Below the pieces are notes generated by a model. That model saw only the letters and a program-made list of their open reading frames with translations. It searched no databases and had not been told where the DNA came from. A stretch of DNA of 64,000 nucleotides from Mobula hypostoma (taxonomy: Eukaryota), in contig NC_086108.1 in the NCBI RefSeq assembly GCF_963921235.1, positions 49,850,001 to 49,914,000 of the forward strand, given 5' to 3'. The position numbers and the translations under genes are program-made. Positions 12,915 through 26,405 of this stretch are shown here, in pieces; within the stretch, counting starts at the first letter, position 1, and each line of letters starts with the position of its first letter.

Positions 12915-13185
12915 CAGACAAAAGATGCTGGAAATCAAAGCAAACATAGAAACATAGAAAACAGGTGCAGGAGTAGGCCATTCGGCCCTTCCAGCCTGCA
13001 CCGCCATTCAGTATGATCATGGCTAATCATCCAACTCAGAACCCTGTACCAGCCTTCCCTCCATACCCCCTGATCCCTTTAGCCACAACACACACAAAAT
13101 GCTGGAGGAACTCAGCGGGCCAGGCAGCATCTCTGGAAGAGAGTAAACAGTTGACGTTTGGAGCTGAGACCCTTCATCAGCACCT
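12915..13185 (-). mobile_element. Penelope-like 3' fragment with a CR1 3' end (~12944-13086) nested in it
   Basis: gatgctggaaatcaaagcaa|..|cacacacaaaatgctggaggaactcagc is contiguous in other copies; the insert has acatagaa tail repeats and a CR1 3' UTR. Confidence 0.7.
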
Positions 13186-14624
13186 GAATTCAATGGGAAG
13201 TAAGTTCGTAACTATAATATCAGAAACCAAAGGTTTATAAATACAAATAATGCAGAATTGGGTTGTTAAGAATTGATATTGTAGATAAATAAAAAGATGG
13301 AGTAACCTTTTCCCAAAAGCAGTTCCTCAGAAGATGAAATGATATGTGAGGCCACACTAGCAAACAATGGAAAATGGGTTGTCATAAGGTTTTATCTCCA
13401 CCACGAAGGAAATATGTAATGGTTGTCAGAAGGACGGAGGGCCTTGTGGTAATGGAGCTTTTGATCCACAAACAATATTGCCATGGTGATGCCTTATCAC
13501 CAGCTGCTGCACCCACCAGGAAACATTTAAAATATATTCAAACACTCAAAATAAATTTCAGGCTTATTTTTAATCACCCAGACTGCGGCAGATTTGCAAT
13601 CCATTTCATAATTCAGTTTTTATATATGTAAGTGGTTTATAATTATGTCTTGCCAACATCTGAAAGAAATCAGTCATAGAGCAATTTGTGTATTCTTTAG
13701 GTAGCAAACGTAGATCAGAAAAAGATGAGCACAATGAAAGATTGGACAAAACTTCATTAGAAAGGACCATGCTCGAAATTTAATGCTAGAACCGGCATTC
13801 TGTGCAAAGAGAAGTTAAAACATTTCAAGATCATGTCAGGGCCACAGAGGGATATAAGGTTTTTTAAGCCTGGACAGAGACAGGTACTGTAAAGGCAAAC
13901 ACCAGAGATTCTGGAAATCTGAAATAAAAAAGAAAATGCTGGAAATTTTCAGCAGGTCAGTTAGCATCTGTAGAGAAGCAAACAGGCAACAAGTTGATGA
14001 CCTCTCACCTGAACTGCTAAAAGTTAGAAACAAAATAACAGTTTAATTTCTGTCTTCTCCTCCTTACACCTTCCCCCCTCTTTCTTTCCTTTGTCACCCT
14101 CTTCTAGATGACTCCTGGGCTGTTGTGATATATAAACTGCATGCATTGCACCCACCTCATCTCTGTTTGAAATATCCTATGTAAGCACCAGAAAGCTCAA
14201 GGTACTGGGGAGAAGAATGGCTGTCAATGTCAGTTTTCAGATCAGAAAATGAGATTGCCATCGCTGAAGATTTTATTAAAATCTCCAATACAATCTTACG
14301 CTTAGCATATTCAACTGGACCAACAGGATCTTTTCACATGCTGTCATCATCTCCTGAACTGAACGCCATTTGCATTTGAATAAGGAACACTATTGTGTAG
14401 AAGAGCTGTTGTCAACAGCCCCAGAGGATTGGTAAATGTCTAACTCAGTATCAGGTTCTCTTCAAATTTCTCTTCTCCACAATCAACCAGTAGCTTTAAA
14501 AAATAGCAGCTCCAAATAAAATAATGATTAATAAATGAGAAGAGAAAAGCTGAGCTCTGAAAAGAAATAGCCTTTTTACAAATAATACAAATTTGTAGTA
14601 GTGAATGCCACTTATTCAGTCCAT

Positions 14625-15135
14625 TTCAGAATCTGTATCAGGTTTATTACCACTGACATATGTTGTGAAATCTCTTCTGCAGTAGTACAGTGCAAAACAT
14701 TAAAAACCTTACTCTAAGTTACAATAAAAAATAAAATAAGTAAATAGCGTAAAAAAGGATTAGCGAGGTAGTGTTCATGGATTCATAGACCATTCAGAAA
14801 CCTGATGGCGGAGAGGAAGAAGCTGTTCCTAAACTTTGAGTGCCTGTCCAGATGTTGCCCCTCCTCCCCGATGGTAGTAATGAGAAGAGGGCATGTCCCA
14901 GATGGTGTGGGTCCTTAATAATGGATGCCATCTTTTTGACACACTGCCTATTGAAGATATTCTCACTGGTGGGGAGGCTTGTGCCCGTGATGGAGCTGAC
15001 TGAGTCTACAAACCCCTGCTGCCTCTTTCACCTTCTGTGCTTTGGAGCCTCCATGTCAGGTGGTGATGCAACCAGTCAAAATGCTCTCCATGGAATCTGT
15101 AGAAATTTGCTGGTCTTTGGCGACATGGCAAACCC
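14625..15135 (-). mobile_element. Rex1/Babar-type LINE 3' part
   Basis: Minus strand: MASIIKDPHHLGHALFSLLPSGRR-type C-terminus plus tail; homologous to 30700-30990. Confidence 0.75.
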
Positions 15136-15999
15136 CTTTAGACATAAGGCTTTGTGGCACAAATGAAGAACAGTATAATTTATTGCTGACAGAATTTAAT
15201 ATTTTAATCATTACCAATAGAATCTAAGAATTATTTTATTTAATTCATAGCATGAGCACATTGTTGGCAGATTCAATGCCCTTCCCTAGTACCTTGATAT
15301 TTGTCCCACCAATTGGTACAACTGAGCAACTTGTAAGGCCCCTGAGGGCGAGTCAAAATCTCAGTATTGTTACTGTGGGTCAGGTGTGCATTGAGATCAG
15401 ATAGCGTAGAAAGGAAGATGCCTTCATCAAAGAACATTAACCAAACAGTGGGTTTCTATTGATTTCAGTTGCGAGATCTTAGGGAAAAAAGTTCAAAATC
15501 TTTTTGATATTCCCATATATTTTGACTTATTTTTGGAACTGGAGAGACAGGGAGTAAATGTTTAGCTTTGTGGATCAGATACCAATCAAGAACTTACTCA
15601 GATTGGACCTTCTCACAGGAATGTTGATTCTATACTTCATCTGAATGGCTTTAATTAATAGTGTGCATATCTGCATGTAGCTAGAGAGAGCCAACAACCT
15701 ACTTAAACAGAGGTAGCTTCGCAACTAAGGCTACATCCACACTAGACCGGATATTTTTGAAAACCCCGGTTTCACGTAAAAACAATAGACGTCCACACCA
15801 GGTGTTTTTGAGAATACCTCTGTCCACATTAAAACGGGTATTTGGGCGAATCTCCTCCTGCTGGGCATGCGCAGGACACATCTACAGAATTCACCCACTT
15901 CGACGAGTACACCCAACTCCAACAGTTTGGACCAAGCAACAGGTGATGGCTGCGACATGTTTGGTGTCAAATCTCGCTGTGAAAGACTTAGTGCGTGTT

Positions 16000-16339
16000 T
16001 GTCCAGTTACAGACTAGAAAAACTTAAAAAGGAAATTGCCAAACAACGGACAGCTGTTGGCTCTCACGCAGAAGAACTTAAAACTAAATAAAACAAATAC
16101 TGGAACATATGGAGGCAACCGACAGGGAGTTCATAGACAGTATGACCCAGCTGACGATGAACATTGAAAAACTGACTAACTCTGCTGCAGAGGGATTTGC
16201 AGTGATGAGGAATATGATGGCTCCCCCCCCCCAGTACTTTTCACCGCCACAAAACCAGCCTCACAGCCACTACAATAGCTATACATACGGATACACAGAC
16301 CCCCGGGTGGCCCCACCAACATCTTCCTCATTCCCATAG
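16000..16339 (+). pseudogene. Harbinger accessory (Myb/SANT-type) protein C-terminal remnant
   Basis: KRKLPNNGQLL...MEATDREFIDSMTQLTMNIEKLTNSAAEGFAVMRNMM plus a Pro/Tyr-rich tail; lies inside the TIRs, convergent with the transposase remnant. Confidence 0.55.
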
Positions 16340-16851
16340 AGGGGTCAGCCTGGAAAAATTTCTTACAGCCATAGTCTCTTCACCGATGAAAGGGACAACA
16401 GCTACAGCTAAGTGCAATAAGGTTTGTTACTGGGCAAAAGTGAAATTTGCTGTTACCTCATTTGTTTGACTTGTGCAATAAAACGAGTTACTGGGCAAAA
16501 GTGATTTTATTTTTACCTGAGTAAACGTGAAACTTACAAGTTTCCTTTATTGGCCTTAACATTTTCACGTCTATGCCAAACATAAGCTACTACTTAAAAA
16601 TGACATTTTGGAAGTAGTGACAATTGCATATATTGAATGTTTGCACAAGCAATACATTAATAAAGCACCTTGCTAAATGTATAAAATACGTCTGCATCAG
16701 TGTTATCTTGTATTTCCACACAATGTTACATTAGGCTGTTACACTTCTACTGTCAGAGAGGTACTTGCATAAGTAGGTAAACCACCTTCATACAAGCAAG
16801 GACAGAAAACAGGGCAAAGTGAGTATACTTATTTATTCAGTATTCAGTAAG

Positions 16852-17004
16852 TTATAGGTCAAAGTATTTGGTGAGTACATTTCTAACTCTTCTGGCTTCT
16901 GTCTTGCTGCCATATGTCCTGAAATTGTTAGGTTGTATGGGGGGGGGGGTTGAAATTAACATAGACAATAAAGTAAACAACACACCCATGAAGCTGTCCG
17001 CCAT
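16852..17004 (-). pseudogene. Harbinger transposase N- and C-termini fused, catalytic core deleted
   Basis: MADSFMGVLFTLLSMLIS joined to ..EARRVRNVLTKYF (Harbinger-type A.RVR..L..YF end). Confidence 0.6.
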
Positions 17005-20000
17005 TGTCGTTGTGGTGTTGGAGGTTGCGTTCAAGAAAACAATGGAATACCGCGCTGCCATCACCATCTGTTCTGGCACGTCATGACAGCGTTTTTAAAG
17101 AGAGCCGGTTACACCGGCCATTAGGCGTTTTCAGATTTACTCACTCTGGAGAGCGTTTTTGAAAAGCTCTGTTTTCGGGGTAGGGAAACGCTGTTTCAGT
17201 GTGGACGGAGGGTCAAAACGAAGAGTTCCGGATTTATTCGGTCTAGCGTGGACAAAATGACCTGTCTTCGCAGATATATATTCTGCAGCGATAGTGAGGT
17301 TGGGCCATGTCTGCCTCCACATCAGAGTCTAGGGATACCATGTGAAACCTTGTCAATATTTCAGGTTGAAATGTTGACTGTACCTTTCCCCTGTACGGCC
17401 TGCTGAGTTCCTCCTGCAGTTTGTTCCTCCAGATTCAAACATCTGCAGTCTCTTGTATTTCCTGAGCTGACTCTAATTACTTCCACCAAATAAAGTCAAC
17501 GATTTTAGTACGTACTGGGCTCTGAGCTTTGAACCAGCTTGACAGTATATTTACCCATGCCCAAACACAGACACCACCGGATCCCATAGCAAAGGGTGCA
17601 ACTTGTCATAATTATATCCACGGTAGGCTCGCATCTCCTACTGAAACACCCTGGAGTAGTTTTCAATCACCTGGTGAAGGGTCTCAGTCCCTGGATGAAA
17701 TTAAATTTGCGTCACTCTGACAACTTTGACAGTGTCTAATGCATTCTTGCTTCTCTTAGCAGGTTTGATTTGCATGTTATGCTTAGGAAAAAATAATAAG
17801 AACTGGATTTTGTGATAGGAAAGCCTGCACTTGCAGATTTCTGGTAACAATACACATCACTTTCCTTATCATTGCAAACAGCTTTGACTGAAACCTTTTT
17901 GGTCGGCTCATGGAGAAACACTATGCCCTAATGCAGGTGTAATAATATCAGAAAATGTTGGAAATATTCAGCTGGTCAAGCAGCATCTGCGGAGAAAGTT
18001 CAGGTCTGGTTAATAAATTTTCATGAGAGAATGTTAAAAAAAAATCATGTTTTAAGTTGTAGTGGAGAAGTAAGAATGGGTAAGGAAAAGATGGAATGCC
18101 TCTGGTACGATGGAAAGTGAGTAAGGCTGAGAGAGAGTGGTGAACGCTGGTCAATGGCAGTGTAGGACATGCTTAGAAAGGAATTAGTGTTGCCAGTAAA
18201 GGAGAAGATAATGCAAAAAGAAACACTGCATTTGCTGGAAAATAAAATAAAAGAGAACACTGAAAATACCCAGCAGGCGAGGCGATAGCAGGTTGCTTCT
18301 CTGACAACCTGCCAGCAAGCATTATTTCCCTCTAATGAACACGGATATTTGAAAGCACCAGAAAGGCTGTGCAGGCTCCTGTCACTGGGACTCCTTTATC
18401 TCACAGCGTTCTTCATTTCAACCGCATTGGATGAAATGCAGGAAATGAGCTGCTGATTTCAGTTCAGCTGAGCTCAGGGCACTTTCCCTGCTCCATCGAT
18501 TCCTGCTCTAGCGGAGATCGTTCAATCTTTATATCATTAAAAACCAACACAGAACCAGCTGCAGTATTAGCAATTTTAATCAGTGTGACAAAGAATTTTT
18601 TTTGTAGTGGGGTCTACTTTTGAAAAAAAACCAAGGTCAAATGCCTTCTTGTGAGGTGGCAGCACGTTCAGGGGCCAACCAAAGCTGTTTTTGTCTTTTT
18701 TAAAGACAGTAATTGTCTTGGACTTTTCTTTTGCTATCATAAGACCCCATTGATAATGTAAACTACCTCGAGTTTGCTTCCTTTGTTTATTGGTGAGCTG
18801 ACAGCAGGGGAACGACGTGGCCTCGGTTGTAGTGAGGACTACAACTCAAGCTGCCAGCTTGCCTGCTGCAGCATCCCAGGAGAGGAAGCAGTGTAGGGTG
18901 TGTAACGTGGCACCCATGCTGAGCTGGGGCCGAGCCTCTCCCATCAGTGTTTCCCCGCTGGAAGTCAAGCTTGACTGCATGTGCACGTGCTACATTCATC
19001 CGTAGACTGCTGAGAACCGCTCATTCTTAGCGATAACACCTACGCATCATCAATTTACTTGATGCGTCAGTCAGGGGCTTAGGCTATATGTTTTTTTTGT
19101 GTTGCTGTATGTTTACTGTTATCTTATATGTACTATATGTACCTAGTGCTGTGTCTGAATTTTGGTACTGTGTTTTGCACCTTGGCCCAGAGGAATGCTG
19201 TTTCATTTGGCTGTATTCATGAGTATTCATGTATGGTTGAATGAATCTGAACTTGAAATGTTTATTGTGTTATGTGCAGAACAGTTCCCACTTTCTGGCT
19301 TCCAGCCAAACTTTTCAACAGACCAGTGTCAAACCAAAGTCCTTTATCCATTGTCTCCTACTGACAATCATGCCTCCAAATGCTATTTGCACCAGAACTG
19401 CCCAGCACAGAGTAATCCTTTTAGTTCTTGACCTTCAGAACAAGGTGAGCATTATTGATATCTCTTTCATGCTCTCACTGAATGACCATGGACATGAGCT
19501 TCAGACAGGGGTCAGAATAAAATTTTTAGGGGGTGCTAGAGAATAGAAATTCTTATTGAAAGCAGAAGTGCACAGCCAAAATGAAAACTCTGGTTTATAA
19601 TTCAGCGCTGTTGGTTTCTAACTTGCTCTAATAAAGCAGGGCTGAATGTCAAATGATCTCCTGCCAGACAAGTTTAAATGGTGCAAGCAAACGCAGCCTA
19701 ATATCACTTGACTATCATTGATATTCCGAAAACAACTTCAGAAATTGAAATGTGTCAGTTGTAAAGTGTTATAGATGGTGCCCAATGAGAACATGTTAAA
19801 GGTGCCAATCGTGGCTCAGGGATAACACAAAATCTCAAAGATGCCAGCTTTAGATTACACATTTGAATGCAGACACTCTGAAACAGATGTAAAAGATGGC
19901 TTGGCATAATGTTGAACCTTATCCTGCCTAAAGTGTAGCCTTCACCAACATCACTAAAGAACAATGATTTGGTTATTGTTTTATTACTTTATGTAGGACC

Positions 20001-20379
20001 TTACTGTGAAAACTGGCTGCTACGTTTCCTATGCTAAACAGTGACGACAATTCAAAAGAATTAAATCAGTTGCAAAACACTGAGGTTGTAAGAAGTTTTG
20101 GCTTTTCAGTACAAAGTTGTGTACATGCCCGAGTTATTCAATAGTCTAAATTGCTGATCTTACAGAAAAGGTTTTCAACTGAGATTTCACTTAACATTCG
20201 GCATGAAAATAAATCACCTTTTAAAAGGTTTGTCATTGTTAGGAACATAGTGAAAAAAATTATGGTAGGAAGTAACAGTGAAAGGGAGTATAATTCCAAG
20301 TGTCTTGCAAATAAGATTGAACAAGCTTATTCTCTATAGACCAAAGAGTAAATGGCCAAAAAAGAACAATATAAAATAT

Positions 20380-20810
20380 GCCTTCAACCAGACAGCATGA
20401 AACACTGCTCTAACTTCCGGTAATTTCTCCCCCTTCTCCCTTCTGCCCCCCCCCCACTCTTTCTTTTCTCCTCACCTGCCCATCACTTCTCTCTGGTGTC
20501 CCTCCTCATTCCCTTTTTCCCACACTCCTGTCCTATCAGGTTTCTCCTTCATCAGCCCTTTACCTTTTCCACCTATCACCTCCCAGCTTCTTATTTCATT
20601 TCCCTTCCCCCGCCCACCTACTTTTCCTCTCACCCGGCTTTGCCTATCACTTGCCAGCTTGTACTCCCTCCCCTTCCTCATTCTGGCTCCCCCTCCCCCC
20701 CACTCCTTTCCAGTCCTGATGAAGGGTCTCAACCCGAGATGTCGACTGCTTATTCCCCTCCATAGATTCTGCCTGACCTGCTGAGGTCTTCCATCATTTT
20801 ATATGTTACC
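20380..20810 (+). mobile_element. Penelope-like element 3' end (GIY-YIG C-terminus, pyrimidine-rich UTR, hammerhead motif)
   Basis: LQPDSM...SNFR* then a CT-rich UTR, then cagtcCTGATGAagggtctcaacccGAGAtGTCgactg. Confidence 0.75.
20711..20748 (+). ncRNA. Minimal type I hammerhead ribozyme motif, degenerate (GAAA>GAGA)
   Basis: Stem I cagtc/gactg, core CUGAUGA, stem II GGG/CCC, GUC triplet. Confidence 0.65.
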
Positions 20811-21536
20811 ATAAAATATTAGGGAGTAGCAATACTCTGATTGTTTTTTCAGACCTGGCACATGAGCAGGACTAATGAACATAGCAGGCAGAAAAATATT
20901 TGAGGAAGAAACGAGGATGAAAGTTAAATAACAGTTGATATTACCATTGTGACTTATTCATAATTAATGCTTTTATTGTGATGTACTTATTTTAGGAACT
21001 CAATGAATATTGAGTAGTAGTCAATTGTAAGCAATTCCAAAATTATGCTGTTGGCAGCCTGTGAATAGATGGCTGTAAGATTTTGAACATTTTTAAGGTT
21101 TATTGAAATAATTTTTAAACTGCTTTTTTGCTAGAATTTTGTCCCATCAAACACAATTTGTGTGAAACATGTTACTATAGCCGTTCATATTGTGAAAATA
21201 ATGTTCCCTTTAAAATTATTCAGACTTTCAGAAGCATCTATATCTAACAGTGCAAAGTGAAATGATTACAATTTTTTTCTAAATTACACTTCAGTGACCT
21301 AAATTAGGCGATATTAAACTATGCTCCAGATTTGGTGTTTACAACCTCATTAATGTGCAGGGCAAAGCTCTGCTGTTACTGACTGTTGTGTCAAAGTAAC
21401 CATGGTATTTTAATACACAAATGACATTCCAATGTCTGCAATAATGATCAAAACAATTTATTTAAAATCTGGCATAGAGAAATTATGGATATATCAAACT
21501 TGGCAATCCTAAATAGGTCAGAAGGCAAAAAAAAAA

Positions 21537-21795
21537 TTGGCTCCTCCCACTTTCTCCAGACTGGAGGGGTTGCTATGGGGACCTGCTTGGGCCCCAGCTA
21601 TGCCTGCCTCTTCATTGGCTATATAGAACAGTCCATAGTCAAAGCTCCCTTCCTTTCTAGTCCTGAAGAAGGTTCTCGGCCTGAAACGTGGACTGTTTAT
21701 TCATTTCCATAGATGCTGCCTGACCTGCAGAGTTCCTCCAGCATTTTGTGTGTGTTGCTTTGGATTTCAAGCATCTGCAGAATTTCTTGTGTTTC
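21537..21795 (+). mobile_element. Internally deleted Penelope-like element: RT motif B fused to the hammerhead-bearing 3' end
   Basis: SSHFLQTGGVAMGTCLGPSYACLFIGYIEQ (PLE RT Q..G.AMG....P..A.LF) followed directly by tagtcCTGAAGAaggttctcggcctGAAAcgtggactg. Confidence 0.85.
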
Positions 21796-22382
21796 TCACT
21801 CCTAAGCCCATTTTCAAAGGCTATTTTACTTGGCCATCATTGATTCAATATAAGGTGTGGGGAGATGGGAAACAAAACATTTGTTAAATGTAATAGTTTA
21901 GAAGGATCAAAAAATTAAAGTTCACAGCAACAGCAATCCTAGTGCCTTTGGTGAAAATAGACATGAAGAAACATAACTTCGACTACATTTCTTCTTATTC
22001 CACCTCCTTTCAATATGCCTTCCTCATCACCTTCTCTGCTGCATTTGCTTTTCAAGTTGAGGCTTTCCACACAGGACTTGTGAAATGTCTTCAATGAATG
22101 TGGCTTCTCCTACCATAGTTGATGGAACTTCCAGTTTTACCCTATTGAGACATCCCCTCCCCCACCCTATCTGCAGCTTTAAAAGCATCTTTTTTAAAAA
22201 AATCTTTTTTTCCCCAATTGTGATGAAGGGTCTCTAACCTGAAATGTTGAGTCTACTTCTCTTCCCATGAATGCAGTCTCACCTGATCAGTATTTCCAGC
22301 ATTTTCTGTTTCAGTTTTGGCTCTGCATCACCTGATGATATTCTTAGTATCAACTGCATCAGATGACAATACTTTTACATTG

Positions 22383-22591
22383 TGTTATGTTTTGTAACTG
22401 CAGAAACTAATCAAAAGGAAAGCACAGGAGTTGGGACACTTTGCTTTCTTGTGAGGCGCTCACATACGGCGTGGTGGCGTAATAACCTATGCCATTCACC
22501 TACTTCTTGTATATTCTTGATTAACAATGCTTAATCAAACAATACGTTTACCAAATTACTCAAATATTACTAAAATATTGAATACGCTACA
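22383..22591 (-). mobile_element. Solo Gypsy LTR, same family as 55968-56179
   Basis: Reverse complement starts tgtagcgtattcaatattttagtaatatttgagtaat and ends gttacaaaacataaca, matching both ends of the 55968 LTR. Confidence 0.75.
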
Positions 22592-23239
22592 CAGGGATTC
22601 TTCTAAAGCTTTTCAGGGATGAGACAAATCAGAACAATGATGGAGATTGTGGCAGAAATATGTGATTGCTTAGTTTATGAGGGAGTTGTGAAGGGCAGTT
22701 GAATGAAAGAAAGGTCTCAGGGAGGGGGACGGGAATCAAAGGACCCTAAGGTTCCACAAAGCCTTTCTAACCCAAGGTTTATACACAATGCTACAAATGA
22801 TAAATAATTAATCATATCAGTGGTTGTGTTGCATTAATTTCCAATTAGCGGCAAGCCCATTTTCAGGCTCCATCTGCCTCTGAAACCAGCTGTGCACTGG
22901 AAGTATCTTTCATTAAAACAGACTGGAGGGTAGATTTTCACCTTAGCGTTAATCGGTCGGGCAGATTGTTTATTAATTTGAATGGAATGAAAATCATGAG
23001 CGGTCTATCAGAGATGCATCAATCTGTCCACTAGATTTCATCCAGCTAGTAAGGATGAGACTTGGCCTCATTCTGATTCTGCAGCATCCAAATAACGATG
23101 AATATTACCTGTATATCCATATAGAACTTAATCAGCCAAAATAACAACATAGAATATCCAACTGGAGGATTAATCTTAAAGTAATTACTAAATCTCTCTA
23201 CTCTGAAATGCTGTGGATACTGATTCACACTGTACGGTA

Positions 23240-24130
23240 TTTACTACAGAAGACATGAAAATGAGTCTGGGGAACTAATAATGGAATATAAACAGATGGC
23301 AAATGAATTGAACTGGTATTTTGCATTACTGCAGAGGATGCACATCACAACCAGAAATAGCTGTAAATTGGGAATTGAAAACAAGGGATAAACTTATATT
23401 CACCAGGGCAGAGGCACTGAACAAATTGTTGAATATGAAGACTAACAAATCTTCATGTCCTGATAGACTTCATCCTAATAGCTTAAAAAAAAACAGCCTG
23501 TGAGATGGTTAATTGTTTTTAAATTGTCCTAAATTTTGTAGATGCCAGGAAGGTTTTATTCAGTTAGAAAACAGCAAAAGAAAAGATGCAGAGAGCAGGA
23601 AACCGCAGGCCAATTATCTTAACATCTGTCACAGGAAAAAATGTGAAAAAATTATTATTAAGGACATTATACCAGGACATTCAGAGAAATTCAGCATAGT
23701 TTTCTGAAAGGGAAATTACGTCTGACCAATATATTGCAGTTTGTGAAAGTACATGATATTCTGCGGATAATAGAGTACAAGTGAATGTCTATACTCAGAT
23801 TTTCAGAAGGTATTTGATGAGCTACCACATCAAAGGTTATTGTGTAAAATAAATGTTCATGGTGTAATAAGTACCTTACTGGAACAAAAAGATTATCTAG
23901 ATAACAGGAATCAGAGAATAAGCATTTATGAGTCTTTTACTGATTAGCAAGTTGCAATGAACGAAGTGTCAGAGGGAATAGTGCTGGGACCTCAATTTTT
24001 TCAATTCATATATTATTGACATATGAAGGATCCAAAGGCAAGATTGCTTACTTTGCTTGTGACACAGGGCTAGCTAAAGAGTAAGCTGTATAGAAGACAT
24101 AAGGAAACTACAAAGGGATATACAGTTACA
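23240..24130 (+). mobile_element. Old CR1 ORF2 (RT) fragment; its 3' end probably resumes at ~26410-26680
   Basis: MANELNWYF, NKSSCPDRLHP, DFQKVFDELPHQRLL, GIVLGPQFF. Confidence 0.75.
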
Positions 24131-24144
24131 GAGGGATTTTATAG

Positions 24145-26405
24145 ACCATAAGACAAAGGAGCAGAATTAGGCCACTTGGTCAATGAGTCTGCTCCATCAT
24201 TCCATCATAACCAATTTATTATCCCTCTCAACCCCATTCTCCTGCCTTCTCCCCATAAACTTGATGTCCCAACGAATCAAGAACCTGCCAACCTCTGTTT
24301 TAAATAAATCCAATGACTTGGCCTCCACAGCTGTCTGTGACAATGAATTCTACGGATTCACCACCCTCTGGCTAAAGAAATCCCCCTTCATCTCTATTCT
24401 AAAGGGGTGGCCTTGTACTCTGTGGCTGTGCCCTCTGGTACTAGATCCCCCCACCATAGGAAACATTTTCTCATTATCCACTCCATCAAGGCCTCTCAAC
24501 TTTCAATAGGTTTCAGTGAGGTCCCCTTATTCATCGAAATCCCATTGAGTAAATGCACAGAGCCATCAATCGCACCTCCTACGATAAGCCTTTCATTCCC
24601 TGAATCATTCTCATGAATTTCCTCTGAACCCTCTCTATGTCAGAACATCCTTTCTTAAATAAGGGACACAAAACTGCTCACAATACTCCAAGTGAGGCCT
24701 CACCAGTGCCTTATAAAGCCTTAGCATTATATCCTTGCTTTAATGTTCTAGTCCTTGTGAAATGAATGCTAAAACTGCATTTGCCTTCTACACCACCAAG
24801 TCAAAATGGAAGTTAACCTTTAGGGAATCCTGTATGAAGACTCCCAAGTCCCCTTACACCCTAGATTCTTGAATTTCCTCCCCGTTTAGAAAACAGTCTA
24901 TGTTTTCATTCCTTCTACCAGGGGCATGACCATACACTTCCTGCAACTCTATTCTATTTGTCCATTTTCCTAATCTGTCCTTCTGCAGCTCCCTGCTTCC
25001 TCAACATTACCTGCCCCTCCACCTAGCTTTGTGTAGTCCACAAATTTGGCCACAAAACCATCGACTTCATCATCCAAATCATTGATATACATTGTAAAAA
25101 GAAGCAGTCCTGATACCAACTCCTGCAGAACACTATAGTCACCAGCAGTGAATCAGGAAGTGCTCCCTATATTCCCACTCTTTGCCTCCTGACAATCAGC
25201 CAATGTTTGATCCATGCTAATATCTTTCCAGTAAGATACCAAGCGCTCTTATCTTGTTAAGCAGCCTCATTTGTGGCACATGGTCAAAGGACTTCTGAAA
25301 ATCCAAGTGCACAAGATCTACTGATTCTCTTTTGTCTACCCTGCTTGTTATTCCTTCAAAGAATTCTAACAGATTTGTCAGGCAAGATTTTCCTTTAATG
25401 AAACCATCTGACTTTGGCCTATTTTATCATGGGCCTCAAGTACCCTGAGACTTCATCCTTAATAATCGACTCTAACATCTTCCCAATGACTGAGGTCAGG
25501 CTAACTGGCTCATAATTTCCATTCTTCTGCCTCCCTATCTTCTTGAAGAATAGAGTGACATATGCAATTTTCCAGTTCTCTGGAACCATACCAGACTCGA
25601 GTCATATTTGAAAGATCATTACTAATGCTCCCACAATCTCTTTCAGAACTCTGTGGTGTAGTCCATCCGGTCCAGATGATGTATCTACTTTCAGACCTTT
25701 TGGTTTCCCAAGCACCTTCTCCCGAGTAATAGCAACTGCATTCACTTCTGCCCCCTGACTCTCTCGAACTTCCGGTGTACTGCTGGTGTCTTCCACAGTG
25801 ACGACTGATGCAAAATACTTACTCAGTTCATCCACCATTTCCTTGTCCCCCTTACTATCTCTCCAGTGTAATTTTCCAGCATTCTAATATCTACTGTCAC
25901 CTCTCTTTTACTTTTTATATATCGGAAAAAACGGTATCCTCTTTGATATTGTTAGCTAGCTCTCTTCTGTACATCTATTCCCTCCTCATGGCTTTTTGTT
26001 GCCTTCTGTTCTTTTTAAAAATTTTCCTAATGGTCTAAATGTTTGCTCTGTTATACCCTTCCCTTTGCTTTTATGTTGGCTTTGATTTCTCTTGTCAGCC
26101 ATGGTTTGTTATCCTGCCTTTTGAATACTTCTTCTTTGGAATATATCTATCCTGAATTGTTTCCAGAAACTCCAGCCATTACTAGTCTGCCGTCATCCCT
26201 GCTAGTGCCCCCTTCCAATCAACGTCGGCCAGCTCCTCTCTGTAATTCCCTTTACTCCATTGTAATACTGATACATCTGACTTTAGCTTCTCCTCTCGAA
26301 TTGCAGGGGGATTTCTATAATATTATGATCACTATTGCCTAAGGATTCCTTTACCTCAAATTCTCTAATCAAATCCCATTCGTTACACAATGCCCAATCC
26401 AGAAT
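24145..26405 (-). mobile_element. CR1 LINE ORF2 plus 3' UTR, 5'-truncated
   Basis: Colinear with the CR1 at 4160-10820 and retains the RT core that copy lost; MVDELSKYFASVVTVED, SSGPDGLHHRVLKEI. Confidence 0.9.

Larger units (their letters stand above)
15729..17253. mobile_element. PIF/Harbinger non-autonomous DNA transposon
   Basis: TAA then ggctacatccacactagaccggata on the left; inverted tattcggtctagcgtggac on the right (outermost ~6 bp missing); subterminal gtccacac repeats; convergent remnants of two ORFs. Confidence 0.8.

Noticed and set aside
22378..22596. TSD for the solo LTR
   Set aside because: cattg versus caggg is only 3/5 identical, so no TSD is claimed.
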